Made by a program: the position numbers and the translations under genes. Source: Octopus sinensis (lineage: Eukaryota). Taken from it: a stretch of 64,000 bases of DNA. The notes under the pieces are model-generated. The model was given only the letters and a program-made list of their open reading frames with translations. It was not told the DNA's origin and ran no database searches. Location of the stretch: the NCBI RefSeq assembly GCF_006345805.1, contig NC_043021.1, positions 10,974,001 to 11,038,000 on the forward strand, written 5' to 3'. Below, piece after piece: positions 25,776 to 37,662 of the stretch; within the stretch, counting starts at the first letter, position 1; each line of letters begins with the position of its first letter.

Positions 25776-26160
25776 GTGGCTGTGTGGTAAGAAACTTGCT
25801 TTCCGACCACATGGTTCCAGGTTCAGTACCACTGCGTAACACCTTGGGTAGGTGTCTTCTACTATAGCCGTGGGGCCGACCAAAGCATTGTGGGTGAATT
25901 TCATAGACGGAAGATGAAAGAAGCTCATTGTATTTATGTGGGTGTGTGCGTTAGTGTGTTTGTGTGTCCCACCATCGTTTGACGACTGATGGTGTATTTG
26001 CGTCCCTGTGACTTAGCGGTTCAGCAAAAGAAACGACTGAATAAGTATCAGGCTTTAAAAACAAAATGCAAGTGCTGGGGTCGATTCATTCAACTAAAAT
26101 GCTTCAAGGAGGTGCTCCAGTATGGCCGCAGTCTAATGACTGAAGGAAGTAAATGATAAC
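25776..26160 (+). mobile_element. SINE family A, full-length older variant directly after the array (progenitor-like)
   Basis: Shares array-type bases (GCCGTGGGGCCGACC, GTGGGTGAATTT) and continues into the normal 3' half ...GGTGCTCCAGTATGGCCGCAGTCTAATGACTGAA. Confidence 0.85.
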
Positions 26161-26169
26161 AGATAGAAG

Positions 26170-26376
26170 ACGGCAGCAAGATGGCAGAGTCGTTAGCGAA
26201 GTACTTAGCGGCATTTCATTGGTCCTTATGTTCTGAGTTCAAATTCCACCAAGGTCAACTTTGTCTTTCATCCTTTCGGGGTCGATGAAATAAGTACCGG
26301 TTGAGCACTAGGGTCGATATAATCGACTTAGCCTCCTATCTCGAAGTTGCTGGCCTTGTGCCAAAATTTGAAATCA
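26170..26376 (+). mobile_element. SINE family B, alternative-tail variant
   Basis: GAGTTCAAATTCC B box, body CTTTCATCCTTTCGGGGTCGAT..AAGTACC, tail TTGCTGGCCTTGTGCCAAAATTTGAAATC; similar copy at 27597-27755. Confidence 0.75.
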
Positions 26377-26499
26377 TTACTTTTGATAAATCTATTTCTC
26401 TTTCCTTCTTTGAATATTTGCTGGTCAAAGAAGGAGTTTCCTTTGAACTGTTCTGTCATAGTAGACAACTTGGTGAAGATACCTCACAGAAGTACTCCA

Positions 26500-26913
26500 G
26501 CGGTGAGCTAACAGAAACGTTAGCACACCAGGTGAAATGTGTAGCCATATTTCGTCTGCCATTACGTTCTGAGTTCAAATTCCGCCAAGGTCGACTTTGC
26601 CTTTCATCCTTTCGGGGTCGATTAAATGAGTACCAGTTACGCACTGGGGTCGATATAATCGACTTAATCCGTTTGTCTGTCCTTGTTTGTCCTCTAAGTG
26701 TTTAGCCCCTTGTGGGTAGTAAAGAAATAGGTATTTTGCCAGTCACTACGTTCTGAGTTCAAATTCCACCGAGGTCGACTTTGCCTTTTATCCTTTCGGG
26801 GTCGATTATTTAAGTACCAGTTGCGTACTGGGGTTGATGTAATCGAATTAATCCCTTTGTCTGTCTTTGTTTGTCCCCTCTATATTTAACCCCTTGTGGG
26901 TAGTAAAGAAATA
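26500..26913 (+). mobile_element. SINE family B, head plus two tandem body/tail units
   Basis: GCGGTGAGCTAACAGAAACGTTAGC head; unit repeats after GTAAAGAAATAG|GTATTT. Confidence 0.85.
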
Positions 26914-26919
26914 AGAAGT

Positions 26920-27215
26920 ACTCCAACTCATTTAGAGTTGCTCTGTAGCATCAACTGCCTTACAATGAGGATTATTTTCAACAATCCGCTTGACAGCCCA
27001 AAGACATTTGTCTGAGGGCCCAGGTGAACTCGTATCGGATGCTGTACATTCTTTTCCTTTGCTAGTGAATCGTCCAAACACTCCATTGGCTGACAAAGGA
27101 AATGAGAAAGGTCTAGTGCAATCATATGTTGGCTAAATTCACCCTCAGATTGACCGACAAAACGTCCTCTTTGCCGATCGAATAATTCTTTTACTTTTGG
27201 TGCTTGTGGCATGGC
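26920..27215 (-). pseudogene. Tc1-like transposase N-terminal relic
   Basis: MPQAPKVKELFDRQRGRFVGQSEGEFSQHMIA resembles the Tc1/Tc3 HTH start; a second frame gives GPSDKCLWAVKRIVENNP; frameshifted. Confidence 0.5.
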
Positions 27216-27229
27216 TAATTGTTGTAGAG

Positions 27230-27568
27230 CAGGGATTCTCAACCAGTTTTCATCTATAGGCCCCTATTTTAATCTGGTGGACCCTCATAGTCATTTGATG
27301 TTTAAAAACTAGCTTTATAGATCCTTCTTTCAAAATTCCCATTTTATTTTTCCCACATTCACTCATGTAGGTTGAACTTTGTAAAATGTTAGAGAAAGAA
27401 ACCTAGCTGTTTCTTGCAATACATACCAATACATAGATCTGAAGCAAAATTTTCTCAGGGTTCCTTAAAATACTATTGTGGATCCCCAATTTACTATGTT
27501 GTTGTGTGGACCCCCAAAAGCTTATCTGATCTCTCAAGGGCCATATGGACCCCGGTTGAGAACTATTG
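27230..27568. mobile_element. hAT (Charlie-like) MITE
   Basis: TIR CAGGGATTCTCAACC / GGTTGAGAACTATTG; degenerate 8-bp TSD TTGTAGAG / CTATAGAC. Confidence 0.7.
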
Positions 27569-28546
27569 CTATAGACAATTAAAATACCATGATCAGTCGT
27601 CCGCTTTTACGTTCTGACTACAAATTCCGCCGAGGTTGACTTTGTCTTTCATCCTTTCGAGGTCGATAAATTAAGTACCAGTTGAGTACTGGGATCGATG
27701 TAATCCACGTAATCACTGCCATGAAATTGCTGACCCTGTGCCAAAATTCGAAATCTGAAATGCAAAAAAAAAGATAATACATTAGCAAGATCGAAACACC
27801 GGATACACCCGGTAGTGTCCGCCCACATAAAATGATATAATGAATGAGGGGTGTCTAGCTACATTTGAGATGTTTGTGTACACACACACACACAAACAAA
27901 CAAACAAACACACATATATACACACACATTCGCGCATGTGCGTGCGCAGGGACGCCTATGGATCACTCTTTAACAGTACTGTAATTACTTCGTTGAGTTC
28001 TCTCGAAGTATTTCTGTCTTAACAAAGACACAAGCTGGGTTGTAACGTTACACATTCACTTCGTTCTATTCGTCTTACAATCACAGTTTTTTTTTGTTTT
28101 TGCTTTTTTTTTTTTGGTAACTTAGGCCTTCTAGATCATCTAGAAACCATGTTGTATTAGCGAGATAGCATTCAGTTTTTACTGATTTATGTTTGTTTGA
28201 AGCTATCTGAGTGAAGTAGGTTGCACATTCGTTGGCAGAAACAAATCTTATCCTAGCAACAATAGATATTTCCATATATTTTTGCGTTTCGTCATTTTTC
28301 TGAGTTCTTTAACTATGATCCCCATTAATTCTGTACTTTAGGGATGGTAAATGGTTCAGGCTCGGCAGGGCAGAATTTTAAGTTTTTAGCGATCAACTTG
28401 TATGCATGCATGCATTAATGTATGTATGTATGTATGCATGTATGTATAGTTAATCCAAACATGAACAAAGAGAAAACACAACAACGTGAGGATGTGGAAC
28501 ATGTATAGTGTTATTGGACGCTCAGAAAGGGAAAGAAAGAAGGAGG

Positions 28547-28581
28547 ATTTAACGTTTCGAGTGGAGCTCTTCATCAGAAAC
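28547..28581 (-). ncRNA. Minimal hammerhead-like motif (Penelope-type, palindromic stem III)
   Basis: Minus strand: GTTT-CTGATGA-AGAG CTCCA CTC-GAAACGTT-AAAT. Confidence 0.55.
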
Positions 28582-28671
28582 ATAGAAAAAGGAAAGGTCC
28601 AAGGAAGGGAAGACGGAGAGAAAAATTGTCAACGATACACACGCGGTCATATGTATGTATGTATGCATGCA

Positions 28672-28891
28672 TATGAGGAGATGCAAAATGTTATTGGCCT
28701 TAAGGGTATCGTGAAAGGCCTGGCTGGAGGTCCAACATTCTGAGTTCTTTTAGAGGGCTTAGAAAAACAGAGGGACCGCTGGAATAAGTATGTGAATCTG
28801 AAAGGGGAATATGTTGAATAAAATCATAATTAACTGATTCTCTTGTATTTTCTTTTACACAAAGCCAGGAACTTTTCAGCACACCCTCGTA
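28672..28891 (+). mobile_element. mariner-derived MITE
   Basis: TA-flanked; right TIR AAAGCCAGGAACTTTTCAGCACACCCTCG-TA; internal GLEKQRDRWNKYVNLKGEYVE* resembles a mariner transposase C-terminus. Confidence 0.75.
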
Positions 28892-29564
28892 CGTTGTCGA
28901 ATACACGTACTCAATATACGCGCTCTGCTTGTTCGCCGGTAGGCTGCGAATTGAAATGGTGGAGATGACAGATGTTGCAACGAAAGGTGCTTCCTGCAGT
29001 AGGTGTTAAGAGAATGTACCGCCCTCGTAGACACATGTTTTTATTGAGTATTTTGCCAGTAACGGAAACAGCCAACCATAGTCAGCAACACTTAATAAAA
29101 ATGTTAATAAAGATGTTAAAAACCAGGCAATCCCTGTGCCTGAAGCTTTTTAAAGTGAGGAAAACCTTTGCACATGGTCAATCCCACTCCCTAAACACAT
29201 ATTTAATAAGCCACAAGTTATATCATGCTGATGGTTTCTAAAAAGAATGAAATGCCAAACATGATTATATCATTAAGTTGAAACTCCCTAAATGTGAGCA
29301 TAAAAAAAAAAGAAGAATTATGTGAATTCTGTGCATCTTCGTTTTTATATTTCCTTAATTTAAAATTCATATTTCTAATTCCGACCAGTGTTATGAGGAA
29401 ATTATTATCTCCGTCAGTCGCTATGACAACTCAGGAAACCACACCCGTGTTTATACATACATACATACATAAATACGTACATACATACATATATTCATAC
29501 ATATATTCATACATACATGCATACATACATACAAGCATGCACACATACACACACACACATATAT

Positions 29565-29797
29565 GTTTCTTTATTACCCACAAGGGGCTAAACACAGAGG
29601 GGACAAACAAGGACAGACAAACGGATTAAGTCGATTACATCGACCCCAGTGCGTAACTGGTACTTAAATTATCGACCCCGAAAGGATGAAAGGCAAAGTC
29701 GACCTCGGCGTGATTTGAACTCTCAACGTAACGGCAGACGAAATATAGCTACGCATTTCGCCCTGGCGTGCTAACGTTTCTGCCAGCTTGCCGCCTT
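29565..29797 (-). mobile_element. SINE family B, full length
   Basis: Minus strand: GGCGGCAAGCTGGCAGAAACGTTAGC...GAGTTCAAATCAC...TTTGTCCCCTCTGTGTTTAGCCCCTTGTGGGTAATAAAGAAA. Confidence 0.9.
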
Positions 29798-30207
29798 TAC
29801 ACATACATATATACATATATAGGTGTACATACACACATACATATATAGGTGTACATACTGTATCAGGACAATGACCTCCTAGGACAAATACCCACCTTGG
29901 TTAATTACTCCCTCTCCAATATATTAAGAAGTTTTAAATCATCGTCTGCTGTCCTCAGGGGGGGTTATTGCGCATGGAAAGGGGTAAATGTCCTAGATTC
30001 AAATACACATCTCCATTCATGCATATATCTATATATTTATATGAAGGTTATGAGCGGTAATGGTGTCAATGAGACCCAAAGGTGTCAGGTAATGCTGAAT
30101 AAGTGCTATAAATAGACCATAGTTAAGTTCCAGATTCGGTGATTATGCAAATAAGGGGTCCAACTTAGGTCATATATCAACGTGTGTATATAAAAAAACT
30201 TTTTCGT

Positions 30208-30317
30208 AATGAGATAAAAAACCAAGGCTGTGTAGATTTTAGAACATTTATAAATAGAAGGTTAGGGTTTATAAATGTTCTAAAATCTACACAGCCTTGG
30301 CTTTTTTTTATCTCATT
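30208..30317. repeat. Short fold-back inverted repeat
   Basis: AATGAGATAAAAAACCAAGGCTGTGTAGATTTTAGAACATTTATAAA and its reverse complement, about 14-nt spacer. Confidence 0.85.
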
Positions 30318-30405
30318 GCAAAAAAATATAATATATATTTATATCTAAATCTATCTAGCTATCTATTTATCTATCTATCTATATATATAATTATGTATAT
30401 GCACA

Positions 30406-30437
<32 letters not shown>

Positions 30438-30440
30438 CAC

Positions 30441-30637
30441 AGGCGCGATAGGAGTGGCTGTGTGGTAAGTAGCTTGCTTACCAATGACATGGTTCCGTGT
30501 TCATTCCCACTGCATGGCACCTTGGGCAAGTGTCTTCTACTATAGCCTCGGGCTGACCAAAGTCTTGTGAGTGGATTTGGTAGACGGAAGCTGAAAGAAG
30601 CCCGTCGTATATATGTTTGTATATAAATATATAAACA

Positions 30638-30673
<36 letters not shown>

Positions 30674-31200
30674 AAAAAAGGAACCAAGAAGTGGAACGAA
30701 ACGACGAATCGGAACGAACCTGATGCGGGGTGCTGTCAGACAATAAGGTGATAAATAAAAATATATGCATACATACAAACATATATGTACGTACCTACAT
30801 CTACATGTATATATACATGCATATATAAATAATTATACATGAGTACAGGACACCACAATAAGACGTAGAAACGGAAAAAACAAAAAAACAAAAAAAAAAA
30901 AAACGTAAAAGCCTTTTTTTCTGGCATAGACAAACAATAAAACTGCAAAAATAAAAATACATGTACAAAAAATACAATTAATTACAAAACGATATATACA
31001 CATGTATGTATGTGTGTGTATATGTTTGTGTGTGTGTGTGTTTGGCCCCCAACATCACTTAATAACTGATAGTGTGCTTATGTCTCCCGTAACTTAGCGG
31101 TTCGGCAAAAAACACTGATAGAATGAATACTAGTCTTCTGAAGAATAAAGGCGGTGCTCCAGCATGGCCGCAGTCAAAAGACTGAAACAAGTAAAAGAGT
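30441..31200 (+). mobile_element. SINE family A interrupted in its central microsatellite by another repeat
   Basis: Head 30441-30615, 3' half about 31010-31200, intervening repeat about 30680-30990. Confidence 0.8.
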
Positions 31201-31546
31201 GAAAGGGTAAAGCAACAAACAGACTGACAGACAAAGAATATTTGTCAAACTGGAATTGTCAAGCTTGTTTCCGCTTCTTTTAGTACATATATATATATTA
31301 TAAGGATAATAATAACGACGTGTGTGACCATACTGGCAACCGTGTGTGTGTGTAGTGGAGGAGGAATGAGGGTCGTGGCTACGTTTGGAGTGGGGGCACG
31401 GATACAGTAAAGAGTTCACACAATAAGATCAAGTCTTGGGCACAGAGCCATGGAGATGAGGAAGTAGAGGGCGTTCAAGGCATATTTGATTTATGAATAA
31501 TAAGGCTGAAAGGAGAATATCTCAGGGGAGCATTCTGTATACTATA

Positions 31547-31584
<38 letters not shown>

Positions 31585-31888
31585 CGTGTGTACATATACA
31601 TACACACACATATACATACACATATATACATACATATATACATAGATGCATACATGCATACATACATACATAAATACACCATAGGTATATGTACGTGTGT
31701 ATGTATGTATGTATGTATGTATGTATGTATATATGTATATATGAGGCACAGACGCGGATGTGTGGTAAGAAGTTTGTTTTCTAAGCATAGAGATTAAGAT
31801 TCAGCCCCACTGCATGGTACCTTCGGCAAGTTTCTTTTTTCTACCTACCTACCTATCTATCTATCTCTCATCTATCTATCTATCTTCC

Positions 31889-31927
<39 letters not shown>

Positions 31928-31933
31928 ACTCAG

Positions 31934-31965
<32 letters not shown>

Positions 31966-32151
31966 CCTACCTGCCTACCTATCTATTTATCTCTTTCTCT
32001 CTCTCTCTCTCTCCACACACACACAAGGTGTTTGGGCCAGATTTGACAGTTTGCATAAAAAGAAAGGAAAGCACAATACACCATCTCCAAAAATAAAGTA
32101 TTTAAGAAAAATTTTTTTAATTCACCTGGGTTATTGCCGAAAGACAACAGT

Positions 32152-32570
32152 TCACTCAAAGTAGCCATCCTTAGCTTCCACCATGGCCTCGGGAGGGCTC
32201 CAACACTTGGCGCATGAATTTCTCACTCTGTCCCTGCGAAGATTTTCGGATATCTTTATTTTGGCCTGCTGCTCGGCCTTGGTGTTACAGACAGAGCGGT
32301 TGGTGTCTTTCTCGAACTGTGCCCTACACATAGTAATCTGTGGGATTAAAATCGTGGGAATTTGGAGGTCAGAAATCGGGACTGGTGAAGTCGTAGTCAT
32401 AACTCTTTCCAGAGATATGGCAAAGAGCTGAATCCTGTTGTCCTATCGATGGCCTTCCAGCAGCAACACCCTCTAGCTAGAGATTAACCACAAACCCCAG
32501 TAGCTTCACATAGCCAGCTGAATTGAGCCTAAGGCCCTTTCCAAATATGTGGGAACAAATCCTGGCATGC
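32152..32570 (-). pseudogene. Tc1/mariner-superfamily (maT/DD37D-like) transposase catalytic-domain relic
   Basis: Minus-strand pieces EKGLRLNSAGYVKLL, GRPSIGQQDSALCH, F*PPNSHDFNPTDYYV*G, EAMVEAKDGYFE*. Confidence 0.75.
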
Positions 32571-33169
32571 AGACGGAGTCAGACTGCCTATTATGTCACT
32601 TCCTACTGGCCGTGTTTTCGTAGTTCCCGTTGCAGCTGTACATGTCACCTCTATAATGGAAGGCAAGGTTTACGATATCGGGAGAATACCGCCTTCTCCC
32701 ATTATATCTTGGTCTTTGTGTAGTTCAGGCTCCGGCAGGCGAAGAAAGAAGTCTTTAAGTACAAACGCTTCGAGAAGAGATAGGCAAAATCACGTCTTGT
32801 CTTTAGGAAGGAAGTGGAAGAAAGAAAGATAGATAACCGTTGGTCATGTGTGGGCAACGAAAGAGTCAAGGAGGAAGAGTGAGAGAGAGAGAGAGAGAGG
32901 GAACGGTAAAGGGAGAGGAGAAGAATAGGGAAAGGATGGGAGAGAAAAACAGAAAGGAAGAAGAACAAGGCAGGGAGATAGAAAGAATAGAGATAGGATG
33001 TAGAGTACGCATTAGAATTATTAAGATAAAACTTACTTGGAAAAGGATGCGTGGCGTTCGATCATATAATGATACAAATAATATATAAATATATGCATAT
33101 ATACATACATATATGTACATACCTACATATATATACATACATACATATATACATGCATACATTCATATA

Positions 33170-33368
33170 TATATAATAATATTAGGGAGTAAATCCAAAC
33201 TTACAGGGAAAAATTAGATTTAGGATTAAATCTAATTTTACAGTATAAATATATATATTATATTTGTCCAACCCATGCTAGCATGGAAAACGGACGCTAA
33301 ATGATGATGATGATGATATTAAATTAGAGATTTGCCTAATAGTGGTTTTATCTCTAATTTAATATATA
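33170..33368. mobile_element. AT-rich fold-back repeat family with inserted (GAT)n retroposon tail at ~33264-33317
   Basis: Reverse complement matches about 45225-45345; insert GTCCAACCCATGCTAGCATGGAAAACGGACGCTAAAT(GAT)n. Confidence 0.7.
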
Positions 33369-33509
33369 TATATACACACATGCATATATAGGTACAGGAC
33401 ATGAAAAAAAAATGTGAACAAAATGAGAAACAAGAGCATAAAAACAAAAGCGCATAGAAAACAAAATTTTTTTTAACAACAAAAGAAACAAATAGAGAAA
33501 CCAGACAGG

Positions 33510-33575
<66 letters not shown>

Positions 33576-33589
33576 TATATATATAAATA

Positions 33590-33850
33590 CATTAATAAAT
33601 AAAATAAAAACATATGCATATATATAAACATATATGTACGTACCTACCTCTACATGTACATATACACGCATATATGAGTACAGGACACCAAAAGGACGTC
33701 GAACACAATGAGAAACGAAAACATAGACACAAACCAAAGGAACTGGACATTTATTTAAAAACAGCAAAAAAAATAGAGTACAGGACAATTAACACAAAGA
33801 AAAAAACCCTTCTTCAGTCGCTAAAGGTTTCATCTACTCTACGTTTCATG
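33590..33850. repeat. Unclassified dispersed repeat (copies also at ~30740-30965 and, inverted, ~38797-39030)
   Basis: Shared CATATATGTACGTACC..CTACATGTA..GAGTACAGGACACC; always next to (TA)n. Confidence 0.7.
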
Positions 33851-33852
33851 GA

Positions 33853-35305
33853 CAGAGCAACCTCAGTTCTCGACCATAATTTGTTTTGAAAGTCTGTTCT
33901 AAAACCAAATTGTTCGAGAAGCGAATAATTTTTTCCCATTACAATTAATGTAAAAGAGATATAATTCGTTTCCAAGCACGAGATGAATGCTTATTTACAT
34001 ACTTACATTATATATTTTAATACAGAAACGTTTACTCAAACTGTAAATAACACAGAAAAGTGTGTTATTTCTTAGAAGGGGAATCCCCTTCCATAAAAAC
34101 TTCCATCTTTCATTGGCTTGTACCCTGGCAACAGTTTTTTCCTCCTTAGTAATATAGATCCTATTTGGCATTCGTTTCCAAAATAATCCTGTTTCATCCC
34201 CATTAAACACCTGTTGCTGGAGATAACCTCCTTTCCTTTATCAAGTCACTGAACTCAATTACAAATTTCTCAGCCACTTCCTTGTTTGAACTCGTTGCCT
34301 CTCCATGCCTAATTACACTGTGTGTTTCACTTCTCTTCTTAAATTTCTCGAACCAGCCTCTACTAGCCTTGAATTCAAAAGTATCACTTTCAGCTCTTGT
34401 ACCAAGAGTTTTCTTTACTAGATCATTATAAATTTCTAATGCTTTCTCACAAATAAATGCTTCACTGATACTGTCACCTGCTAACTGTTTTTCATTCATA
34501 AAATTAGGCAAAAACTTTTCCACTTCATCGAAAATCTTTGGTCTTCGTTTATTAATAACAGTCAATCCTTTTGCAACATCAGCTGTTTTTATCACTTCCT
34601 TATTTTTTTTTTAGAATAGTAGATATTGTCAATTTAGGCATACCATACTGCAAAGCGAGATCCGATACAGGAACGCCATTTTTGTGTTTTGCGATTACTC
34701 TTTTACTTTCTTTTACTTGTTTCAGTCATTTGACTGCGGCCATGCTGGAGCACCGCCTTTAGTTGAGGAAATCGACCCCCAGGACTTATTCTTTGTAAGC
34801 CTAGTACTTATTCTATTGGTCTCTTTTGCCGAACCGCTAAGTTACGGGGACGTAAACACACCAACATCGGTTGTCAAGTGATGTTGGGGAGACAAACACA
34901 GGCACTCAAACACACACACATATATATACATATATACGACGGGCTTCTTTCAGTTTCTGTCTACCAAATCCACTCACAAGGCTTTGGTCGGCCCATCCAG
35001 CTGTAGAAACATTGCCAGATAAGACTGGAACCTGATGCAGCCTTCTGGCTTCCCAGATCCCCGGTCGAACCGTCCAACCCATGCTAGCATGGAGAACGGA
35101 TGTTAAACGATGATGATGATGATGAAGGCTATAGTAGAAGACACTTGCCCAAGGCGCCACGCAGTGGGACTGAACCCGGAACCATGTGGTTGGTAAGCAA
35201 GCTACTTACCACACAGCCACTCCTCTTCACTTTAATTGTTTTTTTCTCAACTTTTCTTTTTCCTTTACCAGTATCATTACCAATTTGGATCTTTACCTTT
35301 TGACC
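33853..35305 (-). pseudogene. Tigger/pogo (TIGD1-like) transposon relic, internally deleted and split by a SINE
   Basis: N-term GQKVK...KTIKVK (35226-35305), psq-HTH NGVPVSDLALQYGMPKLTISTILK, CENP-B HTH FKASRGWFEKFKKR, first catalytic motif FNGDETGLFWKRMP; TIR-like CAGAGCAACCTCAGTTCTCGA at 33853. Confidence 0.9.
34697..35225 (-). mobile_element. SINE family A, full length, with a 130-bp opposite-strand (GAT)n-tailed retroposon fragment inserted at ~34994-35124
   Basis: SINE sequence GGTCGGCCC|GAGGCTATAG is split by ATCCAGCTGTAGAAAC...CCATGCTAGCATGG...(GAT)n. Confidence 0.85.
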
Positions 35306-35307
35306 TA

Positions 35308-35770
35308 CAGATTTAAAAAATAATTTTTGGAAACTAAACATTTTCAAACTTCGGACACTGGTAGAATGTGTCATATAAAACATCTTTTACTCTTAGCATT
35401 TTTGAGAAAAACTTATATTTACGAAGTTATTTCATCTTAAAGTAGTCGTATTTCGGTAATTTCAACCAATCAATGACGTGCATTCAGCTGAATAAAATTA
35501 CTACTGTTGTTTGTCAACAAGAACTTCCGGTGGTGTATATTTCGTTTGTCACTGTTATTTATGACAACCCTAACCCCAATACCCTAACCCTATAACCTTA
35601 AAACCAGTACAAACGCACGAACGATGTCATAAATAACAATGACAAACGAAAAATACACCGCCGATAGTTGTTGTTGACAAGCAACGGCAGTAATTTTATT
35701 CAGGTGAATACACGTCATTGATTGGTTGAAATTACCGAAATAAGAGAACTTTGACGTGAAATAACTTTCC
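35308..35770. mobile_element. Degenerate MITE with internal inverted repeats and ACCCTAACCC motifs
   Basis: About 35420-35560 is inverted relative to 35625-35768; shares CTGGTAGAATGTG with the 41.5, 61.1 and 63.0 kb family. Confidence 0.6.
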
Positions 35771-35779
35771 ACAGAGTTC

Positions 35780-35917
35780 CTATTTCTTTATTACCCACAA
35801 GGGGCTAAATACAGAGGGGACAAACAAGGACAGACATAGGTATTAAGTCGATTACATCGACCCCAGTGCGTAACTGGTACTTAATTTATCGACCCCGAAA
35901 GGATGAAAGGCAAAGTC
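35780..35917 (-). mobile_element. SINE family B, 3' fragment
   Basis: TTTCTTTATTACCCACAAGGGGCTAAA...GGATGAAAGGCAAAGTC. Confidence 0.85.
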
Positions 35918-36242
35918 CCGACCATGTTTGAATCCACGATGCCAGCGTTTTACAAGGTCATATGATGGGGCATCATCACCATAAGTTACCTTCATTTCAT
36001 CAAAAGTCTCCCGTGGTGTGCGTCCTTTCAAATACAAAACCCGGATCACTACTCGACACTCAGCAGGCTCCAATTCACCCTTGACTCAGTTCAAACATCT
36101 GTAAATCAGAAACCACAGTTAGTTAAGAGCTGTAATTCGCCACTTAATCTATAGAGATATAAATAACAGCACATGCAAAATTTCAGCTAGATCAAACAAC
36201 TGCAAGTGGGTCAGGGGCATTACTTATTGAACGTCCCTCGTA
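35918..36242 (-). pseudogene. mariner element 5' end with transposase N-terminal HTH
   Basis: TA-CGAGGGACGTTCAATAAGTAATGCCC TIR; MEPAECRVVIRVLYLKGRTPRETFDEMKVTYGDDAPSYDLVKRWHRGFKHGR. Confidence 0.85.
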
Positions 36243-36690
36243 TTTCATTAGATCTTGTCCGTCTCGGAATGACTGGTAATGTCTGTATGAAATCTCTTGA
36301 TAAAACTATTGTAATTCCTCCCATAAATTTATTGCTGCCCCTGATGTCCTGTAAGGTCTTACCAAGAGCTTCCATTGCACCTCTATGTGACATGGTGCAT
36401 TCATCCTAAATGATCAGGTGGCATTGGCACAACACTTCTGGTGAGCTTGAATCTTTGCTTATGTTACAAAATGGACTGTCATTTGTGACCAGGTTTAGTG
36501 GTATTTTTAAAGCAGAATGAGCTGTTCATCCTCCTGGGAGAATGGTGGCAGCAAAGCCTGACATTGGTGCAGCAGCGACAATCCTTTTTTGTTACCTTAC
36601 CTTGGAGAGAAGCAATGTTGTTATAAATGTTTTACCTGTGCCGCCAGGAGCATCAAGAAAGAAAATTCTGCTGCTTTTTTTCTGGCGATT
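36243..36690 (-). pseudogene. Helitron RepHel PIF1-family helicase relic
   Basis: Minus strand (not in the ORF track because of stops): IFFLDAPGGTGKTF (Walker A), SGFAATILPGG*TAHS, II*DECTM (Walker B), MGGITIVLSRDFIQTLPVIP. Confidence 0.9.
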
Positions 36691-36904
36691 GTGGAACGCT
36701 GCACGCACGCACGTACGCGCATGCACACACACACACACACACATACACACACACACATACATAGAGTATCAAACACCAGATGAAGTGGACGTGTGTGTGT
36801 GAGAGAGAGAAACAGAGACAGAGAGAGAGCGAGTGAAGAGGTGTGTTGTCATGTATACGTACATACATAAATAAATAGGTATACATCTTTCTTGTATGTA
36901 TGTT

Positions 36905-36957
<53 letters not shown>

Positions 36958-37080
36958 GAGAGTGGCTGCCACTTAGACATCATTCCCTCTCTCTCTCATA
37001 CACATATACGCACACATACACAGAAAAAAGATGTATGCATAAATATCTATGTATGCACGTATACATGCCAACACACCCCC

Positions 37081-37115
<35 letters not shown>

Positions 37116-37369
37116 GCATGAATGTTTACAAACGTGCATACAAAAACACACGTGCGCGTGTGTGGCTGACTACAAATACATAGAGCTGGACACGGCGTGC
37201 AAAAATAAAATGAAATAAATAAAAATTCACGGAAATTAACGAAGTGTGCGAGTTCAGAACCAAATGAAAGCTGGAATGTTTTTGTGTGTGTATGTGTGTA
37301 TTTGCGCGCGCGTGTGTGTGTGTGAGTGAGAGAGAGAGAACATTGCAAACAATGTATGAGATAAACCTA

Positions 37370-37662
37370 GGTTGCTTGACAACCGATGTTGGTGTGTTTA
37401 CGTCCCCGTAACTTAGCGGTTCAGCCAAAGAGACCGATAGAATAAGTACTAGGCTTTGTGTGTCTGTGTTTGTCCCCCTCCCCACCCAACATCACTTGGC
37501 AACTGATGCTGGTGTATTTACATCCCCGTAACTTAGCGGTTCGGCAAAAAAGAGACCGACAGAATAAGTACTAGGCTTACAAAGAATAAGTCCTGGGGTC
37601 GATTTGCTCGACTAAAGGCGGTGCTCCAGCACGGCCACAGTCAAATGACTGAAATAGGTAAA
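37370..37662 (+). mobile_element. SINE family A 3' half with internal duplication
   Basis: GGTGT.TTTAC.TCCCCGTAACTTAGCGGTTC occurs twice, followed by the normal 3' end. Confidence 0.8.

Noticed and set aside
28081-28275. 64-aa minus-strand ORF in apparently unique sequence
   Set aside because: No recognisable motif, no convincing splice sites, and it ends in a low-complexity T/A tract
34203-34595. Domesticated TIGD/CENP-B host gene
   Set aside because: Frameshifts, internal deletion of the DDE domain, SINE insertion in the N-terminus and a retained TIR indicate a dead transposon
36243-36690. Cellular PIF1 gene
   Set aside because: Three in-frame stops, truncated by a mariner, and Helitron-type motif wording
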